Made by a program: the position numbers and the translations under genes. Of a DNA stretch of 64,000 bases, positions 26,715 to 37,929 are shown piece after piece (position 1 is the first letter of the stretch; each line of letters opens with the position of its first letter). The notes under the pieces are model-generated. The model was not told the origin of the DNA. It was given only the letters and a program-made list of their open reading frames with translations, and searched no databases. The DNA is from Mobula hypostoma (taxonomy: Eukaryota): assembly GCF_963921235.1 (NCBI RefSeq), contig NC_086108.1:67148001-67212000 (forward strand), written 5' to 3'.

Positions 26715-26794
26715 CAAGTGTTCCCAACCATTTTTATGCCATGGACCAACACGATTAAGCAAGGGGTCAGTGGATCCCAGGTTGGGAACCCCTG
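26715..26794. mobile_element. 80-bp hAT (Charlie-type) MITE
   Basis: TIRs CAAGTGTTCCCAACC / GGTTGGGAACCCCTG (13/15); 8-bp TSD TGGCAGAG/TGTCAGAG. Confidence 0.85.
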
Positions 26795-27207
26795 TGTCAG
26801 AGTAAAAAGTAAACCGGACAAGATTAGGGAACCTTGGCTGACGAGAGGTACTGGTCAAGAAAAAGGAAGCATATATTGAGTTTAGGAGGTTGGGATCAAG
26901 CGAATCTCTTCATGACTCTGAAAAGATTAGGAATACTGTTAAGAGTGTATGAGGTAGATTTGGCAAATGGGGTTAAGGAAAATACCAAGTGGTTGTATAG
27001 CTAAACTAAGAGTGAAAGTTAGCTAGGGAGAGAGTAAGTGTCTTAGAAACACCAGGGCCACAAGAGAGGGGTCAGATTTTTAATGAATATTTTTCCTTGG
27101 TCTTTACTGTGAAGAAAAACATGCTTGTAAGGGAAACAGGTGTGATGTTTTGAAGGACACGTGTATTACCAGGGAGGAAGTATATTCATCCTTACCATGC
27201 GTGAAGG

Positions 27208-27219
27208 TGCGCATGCGCC
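27208..27219 (+). promoter_or_regulatory. NRF1-like palindrome TGCGCATGCGC at the LINE 5' junction
   Basis: Matches the core YGCGCAYGCGC; function inferred only. Confidence 0.35.
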
Positions 27220-27339
27220 GGTCGTTCATGCAGCCTGTTATAGTTGCTCGTTTAGTTTCTTACTTTTTAAACTTTTTAACTTAGGTTATTTGTTGTATTT
27301 TTTCTCACGGTAACACGTTGAAGCTGCACCCTCTCTAAT

Positions 27340-27579
27340 ATGCTGGTGGAGAGAGTTTTACTTGTTTTTTTAGCGCTGGAAATAGTTACATTCGGACACG
27401 TCTCGTTAGCGAGGCAGCAGGATGGCCATATTGCTTATCCCAGGGACCAGCTGATAGCGCTCATGCCGGCCGGTTTAGCGAACAGAGCAGCGGACATCCC
27501 GGCTGAAATCTGGAGGAAAACACACAGAGGATTCAGAGGGGAATCGGAAAAGCAAGGGAAGAGGACCGGGTCGAGATAA
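27340..27579 (+). pseudogene. N-terminal part of the LINE ORF, cut off by an in-frame TAA
   Basis: Same frame as 27631 (offset 291 nt); read-through gives ...TGSR*QRLTEKRSYKPCLPSLIMGNVRS. Confidence 0.8.
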
Positions 27580-27630
27580 CAGAGGCTTACGGAGAAGAGA
27601 AGTTATAAGCCATGTCTTCCCTCTCTCATC

Positions 27631-30324
27631 ATGGGAAATGTGAGATCGCCGGGGAATAAAATGGACGAATTGACGGCGCTTGTCAGGAGTCAGAGAACAT
27701 TTTGGGAGAGAAGTGTTATGTGTTTTACTGAAATGTGGCTGCATGAGGACATACCCGATCAAAGCGTTTCCATAGAGGGCTTCCAGACCATGCGAACTGA
27801 ACGGAATTGCACTGAGAGCAGTAAGCGTGAAGGAGGGGAGCTGGCGGTTCTGGTAAACAACAGATGGTGCAATCCTGGGCATATTACGATCAAGGAACGT
27901 GTTTGTAGCCCAGATATTGAACTTTTTGCTGTTGGACTCCGGCCGTATTATTTGCCAAGGGAAATCTTGCATGCAATTGGGGTTGTTGTGTACATCCCTC
28001 CCTCTGCCAACCCGACGTCGGCGTGTAACATCATTTACACTGTCATAGCCAGATTACAAACCCAGCATCTGAGTGCCCTCATTATCATCTCGGGTAACTT
28101 CAACCAGGTTACCATGGCTAGAACACTGCCCAACTTCACGCAGTATGTGAGCTGTACAACCAGAGGGGAGAGGACTCTGGATTTGATGTACGCTAACGTT
28201 AAGAATGCATACAGCTCCTCTCCCCTCCGCCCTTTGGGAAGGTCAGCTCACAACCTGGTGCCTCTAAAACCCTGCTATGTGCCTCTGGTGAAGAGTAAAC
28301 CTGCAACCTCGAGGACAGTGAGAAAATGGTCGGAGGAGGCTTATGAGGCGCTCCAGGGTTGTTTTGAAGTGACAGACTGGCAGACACTCTGTGAGCCACA
28401 TGGAGAGGATATTCATGGGCTCACAGAGTGCATCACTGATTACATCAACTTCTGTGTGGACTGCAATGTTCCGACAAGAACTGTCCTTTGTTATTCAAAT
28501 AATAAGCCATGGGTAAAAAAGGATATTAAGGACATCCTGAATGCTAAAAGGAGGGTGTTTAGAGATGGAAATAGGGAGGAGTTGAGGGCAATACAGAGGG
28601 ACATGAAAGCCAGGATCAGGGAGGCTAAAGACAGGTACAGGAGGAAGCTTGAGTGGAAACTCCAGCAGAACAACATGAGAGAGGTCTGGAGGGGGATGAG
28701 GACCATCACTGGGTTCCGGCAAACGAGCAACAGAGAAGCTGAAGGCGGTGTGGACAGGGCCAACGAACTTAACCTGTTCTTTAACAGATTTGACATTGTG
28801 GCCCCTGCCCATCTCCCACACGAGCCATCTGTTGTCGGCCCAAAACCACTCTCCCCTCCTAACCCTCCTCACAGTCCCCCACCCTGCTCTCATGACTATA
28901 CCCCTCCCCCACACGAAACCACCACGGTGGGCTTCACGGCTGAACAGGTGAGAAGACAGCTGAAACGTCTCAACCCAAGCAAGGCTGCGGGACCGGATGG
29001 TGTCAGTACCAGGGTGCTCAAAGCCTGTGCCCCTCAGCTATGTGGAGTACTTCGCCATGTATTCAACCTGAGCCTGAGGCTCCGGAGGGTTCCTGTACTG
29101 TGGAAGACGTCCTGCCTCGTCCCTGTGCCGAAGACGCTGCGCCCCAGCGGCCTCAATGACTACAGACCGGTGGCATTGACCTCCCATATCGTGAAGACCC
29201 TGGAGAGACTTGTTCTGGAGCTTCTCCGGCCTATGGTCAGGCCACACTTAGATCCCCTCCAGTTCACCTACCAGCCCCGACTAGGAGTTGAGGATGCCAT
29301 CGTCTACCTGCTGAACCGTGTCTACGCCCACCTGGACAAGCCAGCGAGCACTGTGAGGGTCATGTTTTTTGACTTCTCCAGTGCGTTCAACACCATTTGC
29401 CCTGCTCTGCTGGGGGAGAAGCTGACAGTGATGCAGGTGGATGCTTTCCTGGTGTCATGGATTCTTGATTACCTGACTGGCAGACCACAGTACGTGTGCT
29501 TGCAACACTGTGTGTCCGACAGAGTGATCAGCAGCAGTGGGGCTCCACAGGGGACCGTCTTGTCTCCCTTTCTCTTCACCATTTACACCTCAGACTTCAA
29601 CTACTGCACAGAGTCTTGTCATGTTCAGAAGTTTTCAGATGACTCTGCCATAGTTGGATGCATCAGCAAGGGAGATGAGGCTGAGTACAGGGCTACGGTA
29701 GGAAACTTTGTCACATGGTGTGAGCAGAATTATCTGCAACTTAATGTGAAAAAGACTAAGGAGCTGGTGGTAGACCTGAGGAGAGCTAAGGTACCAGTGA
29801 CCCCTGTTTCCATCCAGGGGGTCAGTGTGGACATGGTGGAGGATTACAAATACCTGGGGATACGAATTGACAATAAACTGGACTGGTCAAGGAACACTGA
29901 GGCTGTCTATAAGAAGGGTCAGAGCCGTCTCTATTTCCTGAGGGGACTGAGGTCCTTTAACATCTGCCGGACGATGCTGAGGATGTTCTACGAGTCTGTG
30001 GTGGCCAGTGCTATCACGTTTACTGTTGTGTGCTGGGGCAGCAGGCTGAGGGTAGCAGACACCAACAGAATCAACAAACTCATTCGTAAGGCCAGTGATG
30101 TTGTGGGGATGGAACTGGACTCTCTCACAGTGGTGTCTGAAAAGAATATGCTGTCCAAGTTGCATGCCATCTTGGACAATGTCTCCCATCCACTACATAA
30201 TGTACTGGGTGGGCACAGGAGTGCATTCAGCCAGAGACTCGTTCCACCGAGATGCAACATAGGAAGTCATAGGAAGCCATTCCTGCCTGTGGCCATCAAA
30301 CCCTTGGAGGGTCAGACACCCTGA
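27631..30324 (+). CDS. LINE endonuclease (APE) plus reverse transcriptase, 897 aa, probably defective
   Basis: GNVRS..NK.DEL, CFTEMWL, KAAGPDG, NDYRPVALTS, FFDFSSAFNTI, GAPQGTVLSPFLF, QKFSDD, YKYLG. Confidence 0.93.
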   Translation: MGNVRSPGNKMDELTALVRSQRTFWERSVMCFTEMWLHEDIPDQSVSIEGFQTMRTERNCTESSKREGGELAVLVNNRWCNPGHITIKERVCSPDIELFAVGLRPYYLPREILHAIGVVVYIPPSANPTSACNIIYTVIARLQTQHLSALIIISGNFNQVTMARTLPNFTQYVSCTTRGERTLDLMYANVKNAYSSSPLRPLGRSAHNLVPLKPCYVPLVKSKPATSRTVRKWSEEAYEALQGCFEVTDWQTLCEPHGEDIHGLTECITDYINFCVDCNVPTRTVLCYSNNKPWVKKDIKDILNAKRRVFRDGNREELRAIQRDMKARIREAKDRYRRKLEWKLQQNNMREVWRGMRTITGFRQTSNREAEGGVDRANELNLFFNRFDIVAPAHLPHEPSVVGPKPLSPPNPPHSPPPCSHDYTPPPHETTTVGFTAEQVRRQLKRLNPSKAAGPDGVSTRVLKACAPQLCGVLRHVFNLSLRLRRVPVLWKTSCLVPVPKTLRPSGLNDYRPVALTSHIVKTLERLVLELLRPMVRPHLDPLQFTYQPRLGVEDAIVYLLNRVYAHLDKPASTVRVMFFDFSSAFNTICPALLGEKLTVMQVDAFLVSWILDYLTGRPQYVCLQHCVSDRVISSSGAPQGTVLSPFLFTIYTSDFNYCTESCHVQKFSDDSAIVGCISKGDEAEYRATVGNFVTWCEQNYLQLNVKKTKELVVDLRRAKVPVTPVSIQGVSVDMVEDYKYLGIRIDNKLDWSRNTEAVYKKGQSRLYFLRGLRSFNICRTMLRMFYESVVASAITFTVVCWGSRLRVADTNRINKLIRKASDVVGMELDSLTVVSEKNMLSKLHAILDNVSHPLHNVLGGHRSAFSQRLVPPRCNIGSHRKPFLPVAIKPLEGQTP

Positions 30325-30530
30325 GCCAATAGGCTGGTCCTGGACTTATTTCATGGCACAATTTACATATTACTATTTAACTATTTATGGTTTTATTACT
30401 ATTATTTATGGTGCAACTGTAACGAAAACCAATTTCCCCCGGGATCAATACAGTATGACTACTATAAATCCCTGGGGCCTGACAGAGTAGGAGGCTAGAA
30501 AGGAAATTGCAGAGGTTCTTATGGAAATAT

Positions 30531-33500
30531 TCCAGCTTAGAACCTCTACAGCCGAAATCCAGTCACAGGCATGGGTACTTAGGTAAGCAACATTATTTTA
30601 AGACATTTAGTAAATTTATCAATCCTCAAAATTGATGGCCTCCAGATGGCAGACTCAGGTCACGATGCAGTTGCCCTTTAAGAAAGAGGAAGCAAGGAGC
30701 CCCCGCTCTCAAGAATCCTGCTGGTGAATGCACAGTATATGGAAAATAAAACTGAAGACCTCAGAGCAAAATTGCAGTACCAGAGGGACATCAGGGACTG
30801 ATGTGTATAGCACTGTCTGATGCCTCCCCTATCACTGCAGGGGATTTCAACCAGGGAATCTTGAAGACGTCTCTGAACCAACGTATCACCTGTGGAACCA
30901 GAGGAGACTGCACTTGACCACTGTTATGCCACCATCCATAATGCTCACTGTGCCATACCACACCTGCACTTTGGAATGTCCAATCACCTGGCTGTACTTC
31001 TACTCCCGGTGTACAGGCAGAGACTAAAGTGCTGAGGATCAAGAGGTTATGACCGAGGGAAGCAGAAGGATGATTACAAGACTGCTTCAAGTCGGTGGAC
31101 TGGACAAAATCTGAGGATTCATCTTTGAATGTGAATGAATATGCTACAGTTGTCACCGACTTCAAGGCTAATGTGGATGAATGTGTGTCTTTGAGAACAT
31201 ACTGGACATAGCCAAATTAAAAGCCATGGATGGACCAGAAGATTATAAGTCTGTTTTGGGCTAGATCTGTGGCATTCAAGACCGGTAATTCAGAATTATA
31301 AAGGAAGTCCAGGTACAATCTATGGAAGACTTATTTAAGAGCAAGTGAAACCAATTCTCATTGAAGTTAGAGATGGAACCAGATGTCTGCTACCTCACAA
31401 GGTGTCAGACACTGATGGTGTACCTGGCACAGCACTGAAAACCTGCGCTGACCAACTGGCAGGAGTGTTCAAAGTCATCCTCAATCTCTCACTGCTGCAG
31501 ACAGTTCCCACCTACTCACCTACCTCAAAAGGGTGAGAACCATTTTAGTGCCCAAGAAGAGCAGGATGAGCTGCTTCAACAACCATAAGCCAGTTGCGCT
31601 CGCATCTGCTGTGATGAAATGCTTTGAGAAGTTGATTGGTCGTGGCCAAATTCAACCCCTGTCAAAGGAAGGATCTGAACCTGCTGCAATTTCCCTATTG
31701 CCAGCAGATGTAATCTCACTGGCTCTCCACTCAACACTGGATCACCTGTACAATAGCAATACCTACATCAGGCTGCTGTTTATTCATTACAGCTCCGTGT
31801 TCAACACCATCATACCCTCAGTATTAATCAACAAGCTTCAAAACTTGGCTCTCCGTATCTCCTCCTGCAACTGGATCCTTGACTTCCTCACTGGGAGACC
31901 ACAGTCAGTGCAGATCGGAAATAACATCTCTTCACTGACAATCAACGCTGGCACACCTCAGGGATGTGTACATAGCCCACTGGTCTGCTCTCTCTACGCC
32001 ATGACTGTGTGGGTAGAGGCAGCTCAAGCACCATTTATAAGTTTGCCATCGACACAACTGTGAGCCTCTGCGTTAATCGAGGTTAACCATAGTTGCTGCG
32101 TCTCAGCTGTCTACGTGATAAAGAAGCCAGTATGCAAGTTAGGACAGTGTGATATGGAGAACAATCTGTTGCCCCTGTAGCAAGCTCACCCTCGCCATGC
32201 AGCTGATGAATCCAAAAGAACAGCAGAGACTGATATGGTTTGGCACCAGCGGCATTGTAGGAGTTGCCAGTCAGAGTAGGACTGCCTTAGGGACTGCAAC
32301 TCTGTTTTTTCCTTGGGGTTTACCCCCAAGCCTTCCCCATGAGTACACATCGCTGCAAGGCAGCAGAAGTTTGAGTTTGATTTGAGCTTTCCTTTTCCTA
32401 GATGAGCTGCCATCTTAGGAATGGAGTATCCTGCACTGAGTTCAACACTGACTGGCATCTCCTGCCAATCTGTATTAGTGTCTTTTGTCCCTTTGGATTC
32501 ATCAGCTGAATGGAGAGGGGAAACCTGCTACATGAGCAACAGCTTGCTCTCGGTATTGTACTGGCCTGGTTTGTGTATTGACCTGTGTATTGCGTAGACA
32601 GCTGAGACACAATATCCATGGTCAACTCTAGGCGATGGATGGCCTCAAGATGAGCTGCCAACCACAGCTGGTGAACCCTACTGCCTGTAGTGACTGCTCT
32701 GAGGTGGCAGTAACCCACTTTTGCCTCTTTACCTGTCAGTAGAAATGGTCCACTGGGCCTAGTAGCTAAGTTACATGTGAAGGCCAGGAGCTGGACTTGG
32801 TTGTCAGAAGCTATTTGAGACACACACCACTGGGAGTAGTGGGAGCTTATCCTCATTACCACTCCCATCTATAACTACTTTAAACAACCAATGCCATAAC
32901 TATTGCTGGCAGTATTTCATATGGTGACAAGAAGGCTTACAGGAACGAGTTAGATCAGCTGGTTGATTGCTGTTGCAATAACAACCTTGCACTCAATGTC
33001 AGTAAGACCAAAGAATTGATTGTGGACTTCAGGAAGGGGAAGTTGAGGGAACACACACCCGTCCTCATTGAGGGATCAGCAGTGGAAAGGGTGAGCAGTT
33101 TTAAATTCATGGGTGTCAACATCTCTGAAGATCTATACTGGGCCCAACATATTGATGCAATTACAAAGAAGGCACGACAGCGGTTATATTTCATTAAAGG
33201 TTTGAGGAGACTTGGTATGTCACCAAATACTCATGCAAATTTTCTACAGATGTACTGTGGAGAGCACTCTTAACTGTTTGCATCACTGTCTGGTATGGAG
33301 GGGCCACTGACAGGATCGGAAAAGCAGTAGAAAGATGCAAAGTCAGCCAGCTCCATGATGGGGGACTATCCTCCTGAGCATTGAGGACATCTTTTAAAGC
33401 AATGCATCCATCATTAAGGATCCCCATCACCCAGGACATGCCCTCTTCTCATTACTACAATCAAGGAGCCTGAAGCACACATTCAACATTTCAGAGACAG

Positions 33501-33712
33501 CTTCTTCTCTTCCGCCATCAGATTTCTGAATGGACAATGAACACATATACACTATTTCAGTATTCTTTTCTCTTTTCATTTTGTTCCTCGTGCACTACTT
33601 ATTTAATTAAGTAATTTATAGCTTTTTTATTATTTATTGCAATGTACTGCTGTGACAAAACAACAAATGTCACGACCTGTGTCAGTGACATTAAACCTGA
33701 TACTGATTCTGA
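30531..33712 (+). mobile_element. Older degraded Rex1/Babar-type LINE
   Basis: LKTCADQLAGVF, PVALASAVMKCFE, GTPQGCVHSP, VERVSSFKFMGV; (CTGATT)n tail at about 33697-33712. Confidence 0.85.
32062..32890 (-). mobile_element. RTE-derived non-autonomous element with an inverted same-family copy inside (32413-32647)
   Basis: 32062-32290 and 32430-32647 are reverse-complementary; 13-bp TSD AGATGAGCTGCCA at 32400 and 32648. Confidence 0.7.
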
Positions 33713-34689
33713 TTGTGAATATTTGCTTCATCGTTAGCCATTGCTGAAATTCCTGTAGACTGGAAGGAGGCCAATGCTGCTCCATTGTTTAAAAAAGAGA
33801 AGCAAGGACAAGCCAGGAAACTAGAGGCCATTCAGCTTGACATCAGCAGTAAGGAAGTTACTGGATAGATTTCTGAGGGACAGAATCTTCTGGAATTTGC
33901 ATAGACAGAGTCTGATTAGAAGGGTTCAGCATTGCTTTGTGTGTGGCAAGTCTTACTTAACACACCATTTGGAGTTTTTTGATGAGCTAACCTAAAAGTA
34001 AATGATGCTATAGCTGTTGAGGTTGTCTATTTGGACTCTAGCAAGATAGGCTGGTCTGGTAGGGTAGGTCCCATGGAATCCAAGGACAGATAGTTAGGGG
34101 CATTCAAAACTACCTGGCAGGTAGGAAGCAGGTGATAGTGGTTAAAGGTTTTTACTCGCAAGGGGGACAGTGGTACGTGATGTGCTGCAAGAGTTGGTAT
34201 TGAACAACAGACAATAGAGCAGGAGAAGGCCATTCGGCCCTTTGAGCCAGCACCGCCATTCACTGTGATCATGGCTGATCATCCACAATCAGTACCCCGT
34301 TTCTGCCATCTCCTCATATCCCTTGACTCCACTATCATTAGGATATAGGTATTGGGACCTATACTATGAATGGTAGGACACGGGATTGTAATGCAGCACA
34401 GGGACTTTGCAGGACAAGCGCATAATTCATTGAAAGTGGTGTCAGGGTGAAAAAGATGTTTCACATTAGCCTTCACAGTGAAGGCCCTGAATATAGGAGT
34501 CTGAACATTATGTTGCAGGCAGGTACAATATTACCTTCTAAGAGTGGTGGGACTTAGAAGGATATGAACCAAACACAGGAAATTGGGACTAGCTGGATGG
34601 TCACCTGTTGACATGGACATTTTGGGTGGAAGGACCTATATCAGGGCTGCATCATTCATGATTCTATGATTCTACCACCCTACCACCTG

Positions 34690-34870
34690 AAGAGGTAGGA
34701 TGATCCCCATTTTAAAGACCACCCCTGAAGACAGCAGCAATAACAGTGCTGCGTTTTTCAGTTCTGCACTGAACTATCAACTTAGATCAAATGTACAAGA
34801 TGGTAGAGTGTGAGTTGAACACTTCACCTTGTTACTTGAAGGCAAGAGTGCCCCTACTCTATCCCAGGTG
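34690..34870 (-). mobile_element. Old SINE, Deu-domain/SacSINE-like
   Basis: Resembles the recalled shark SINE head (ACAGTGCTGC...CTGCACTGAA...GGCAAGAGTGC); degraded. Confidence 0.4.
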
Positions 34871-35329
34871 ATACCTTTGATAGATTCTTTAAGATTGGTC
34901 TGCTTTCTCTTTGTTATTTTGCACAGTGCCTGGAAATAGAATCTAAGCCACTCACCAGCATTCTCTGGTTCATTCAGCTGCAGATTTAGTGGTTTAGTAG
35001 CAAAATGATTCATCTGCTCTGATTATGAGTCATTACAGATTATAGACATGTCAGATCCTCTCCAATTGGTGCTGTTAGCTAGCCCCAGGCACATTGACAG
35101 CAGCGATACTAGTAACTCTGCATCTGTCTATAGAATAGCACAAGAACAGAAGGAAATAGGAGCAGGAATAGGCCTGCCATTCAACATGATTATGTAGAAC
35201 TTCTCTTCTGTACCAAACTCTTTGTGCCATCACTTCCTCAGTCTTTCAAATATTTGTCAATGGGGAGAAGTAGTCAGGGTTCTTACAACTGAAAAGTTAT
35301 TAGTTCTTCTACAGCAAGCCTTTTATTTG

Positions 35330-35660
35330 TAGAGTCATAGAGTACTACAGCACAAACAGGCCAATCGGCCCATCTAGATCTTGCTGACCTATTAATCTGC
35401 CAAGTCCCAAAGACCTGTACCCAGTCTATAGCCCTCTATACCCCTCCAATCCATGTATTATCCATATTTCTTTTAAATGCTGAAATTGAAACCACATCCA
35501 CCTCTTCTGCTGGCAGCCCGTTCCACACTCTCACTACCATCTGTGTGAAGAAGTTCCCCCTCATGTTCCCCTTAAACATTCCACCTTTCACCCTTAACCC
35601 ATGGCCTCTAGTTCTCATCTCACCCAATCTGAGTGGGAAGAGCCTGCTTTCATTTACCCC
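35330..35660 (-). mobile_element. CR1 3' end
   Basis: LFPLRLGEMRTRGHGLRVKG...FFTQMVVRVWNGLP. Confidence 0.82.
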
Positions 35661-35914
35661 AACCATGCTCCCGCCATTTATCACCTGTATTTACTGCATG
35701 AAAATATTAAGAGAGATAACCCAAAATCTTGGCCAAGCTGCAGAGTTCAAGTAAGAAAGGAAAGTAGAGATGAAGAGAGATTTAGGGAAGGTATTTCAAA
35801 GTTTCAGGCTTTGGTAGCTGAAAGAATGGCTGCCAATAGAGGAACAATTAAATTTAGAAATGATCATGCAGCCAGAAATGTAGCAGCAGAGAAATCTCAG
35901 AAAACTCCTGATAT

Positions 35915-37398
35915 TTCCTTGGACCTTGAGAAAGACTAGTGTAGAAATTGCAGGGTCCTGGCAGAAATATTTAAAATGTCCTTAGCCACGGGTATGGTGC
36001 CGGAGGATCGGAGGGTAGCTCATGTTGCTCCGTTGTTTAAAAAAGGCTCCAAAAGTAAACCAGGTAATTACAGGCCGGTGAGCCTGACATCAGTAATAGG
36101 TAAGTTATTGGAAGGTGTTCTGAGAGATTGGATATACAAGTATTTGGACAGTCAAGGGCTGATTAAGGATAGTCAGCATGGCTTTGTGTGTGCTAGATCA
36201 TGTTTAATGAATCTTGTAGAGCTTTTTGAGGAGTTTACCGAGAAAATAGACAAAGGAAAGGCTGTGGATGTTGTCTACATGGACTTTAGTAAGGCCTTTA
36301 ACAAGGTCCCACATGGGAGGTTAGTTCAGAAGGTTCAGACACTAGATATCCACGGAGAGGTTGTAAACTGGATTTGAAATTGGCTGTGTGGGAAAAGACA
36401 GAGAGTGGTAGTGGATGATTGCTTATCAGACTGGAGGCCTGTGACTAGTGGTGTGCCTCAAGGATCTGTGCTGGGACCATTGTTATTTGTTGTCTATATC
36501 AATGATCTATATATTAATGTGGTAAACTGGATCAGCAAGTTTGCTGATGACAGTAAGATTGGAGGCATTGTGGACAGAGAGGAAGACTTTCAAAGCTTGC
36601 AGGGGGATCTGGACGAACTGGAAAAATGGGCCAGAAAATGGCAGATGGAATTTAATGCAGACAAGTGTGAGGTGTTGCATTTTGGAAGGACAAATCAAGG
36701 TAGGACATACACAGTAAATGGTAGGGCACTGAGGAGTGTGGAGGAACAAAAAGATCTGGGAGTTCAGATACATAATTCCCTGAAAGTGGCGTCACAGGTA
36801 GACAGGGTTGACAGACAGGTTTGGCATCCTGGTATTCATAAATCAAAGTATTGAGTATAGGAGTTGGGATGTTATGGGTTGGTTGTATAAGACATTGGTG
36901 AGGCCAAATGTGGAGTATTGTGTACAGTTCTGGTCAGAACTGTGTACAGAACTATAGGAAGGATATCGGTAACATTGAAAGAGTGCAGAGGAGATTTACT
37001 AGGATGTTGCCGAGTCTTCAGGAGTTGAGTTACAGGGAAAGATTAAACAGGTTAGGACTTTATTCCTTGGAGTTTAGAAGAATGAGGGGAGATATGATAG
37101 AGGTTTACAAAATTATGAGGGGTATAGACAGAATAGCTGTGAATAGGCTTTTTCCACTTAGATTAGGAGAGATAAATACGAGAGGACATGGCTTTAGGGT
37201 GAAAGGGGAAAGGTTTAGGGGGAACATTAGGGGGAACTTCACTCAGAGAGTGGTGGGAGTGTGGAACGAGCTGCCATCTGACGGGGTAAATGGGGGCTCA
37301 CTCTTAAGTTTTAAGAATAAATTGGATAGATACATGGATGGGAGAGGTCTGGAGGGTTATGGACTGAGTGCAAGTCAATGGGACTAGTGGAATAATGT
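35915..37398 (+). mobile_element. CR1 LINE RT domain and 3' end, inserted into an older minus-strand L2-like remnant (about 35690-37620)
   Basis: PGNYRPVSLTS, YMDFSKAFNKVPH, GVPQGSVLGP, SKFADD; ORFs 35976 and 36405 are in frame across one TGA. Confidence 0.93.
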
Positions 37399-37929
37399 AA
37401 CCAGGGGACTGAAGGAGATTACAAAGAGAGGGTGAGGGGTGAAGCATGAAGGGAATTGAAAACAAAGGTGAGAATTGTTTAACTGGGAGCCATGCAAGGC
37501 AGCAAGCACAGATTTTATGGGTGAAGAGGGTAAAGCAGTTTAGAACATTGGCAGTAAAACACTACCCCAGGTTAGCTGCTAGGACACGGGAAGAGAGAAA
37601 GCAGCAAAAGAGATATAAATGGCTTAAAAGGGTGCATAAGGATCAGGCAAATAGGTTATCATGTTGGAACTTTTGGCAAGAAAAAGCTTTTTAAAAATTT
37701 TTTTTATTTAAATGGTGAGGGATTATATAGTTTTGAGACGCAGAAAGATCTGACTTCATGATGCTTCAAAGGACAGATCATATTGGCAGATCAAATAATT
37801 AAGAAGCTGAACAATATTCTTGATTACACGTGGAATTGAATAGAAAGGTCGGAAGGTTCTGCTTCAGTTATAGGATCGAGATGACCTAAAGAAATCTTGA
37901 GTACTGTGCACGATGCTGATCAACAACTG

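Larger units (their letters stand above)
27210..30463 (+). mobile_element. Near full-length young Rex1/Babar-type non-LTR retrotransposon
   Basis: 5' UTR, long ORF, short 3' UTR ending GGGATCAATACAGTATGACTACT; both junctions fall inside one CR1 motif. Confidence 0.9.
24935..34660 (+). mobile_element. Old CR1 LINE fragmented by nested insertions (pieces about 24935-25437, 26129-26714, 26795-27209, 30464-30530, 33713-34660)
   Basis: APE WDVIAITETW, then WIELRNKKGRVTIVGLYY, REPWLTR, VKV|KSLGPD, then RT-region remnants and 3' tail in colinear order. Confidence 0.75.

Noticed and set aside
27631..30324. 897-aa RT ORF as a novel RT system (retron, DGR, defence RT) or a domesticated host gene
   Set aside because: APE+RT layout, LINE tail and insertion into a CR1 mark it as an ordinary non-LTR element; it carries disabling mutations and has no partner genes
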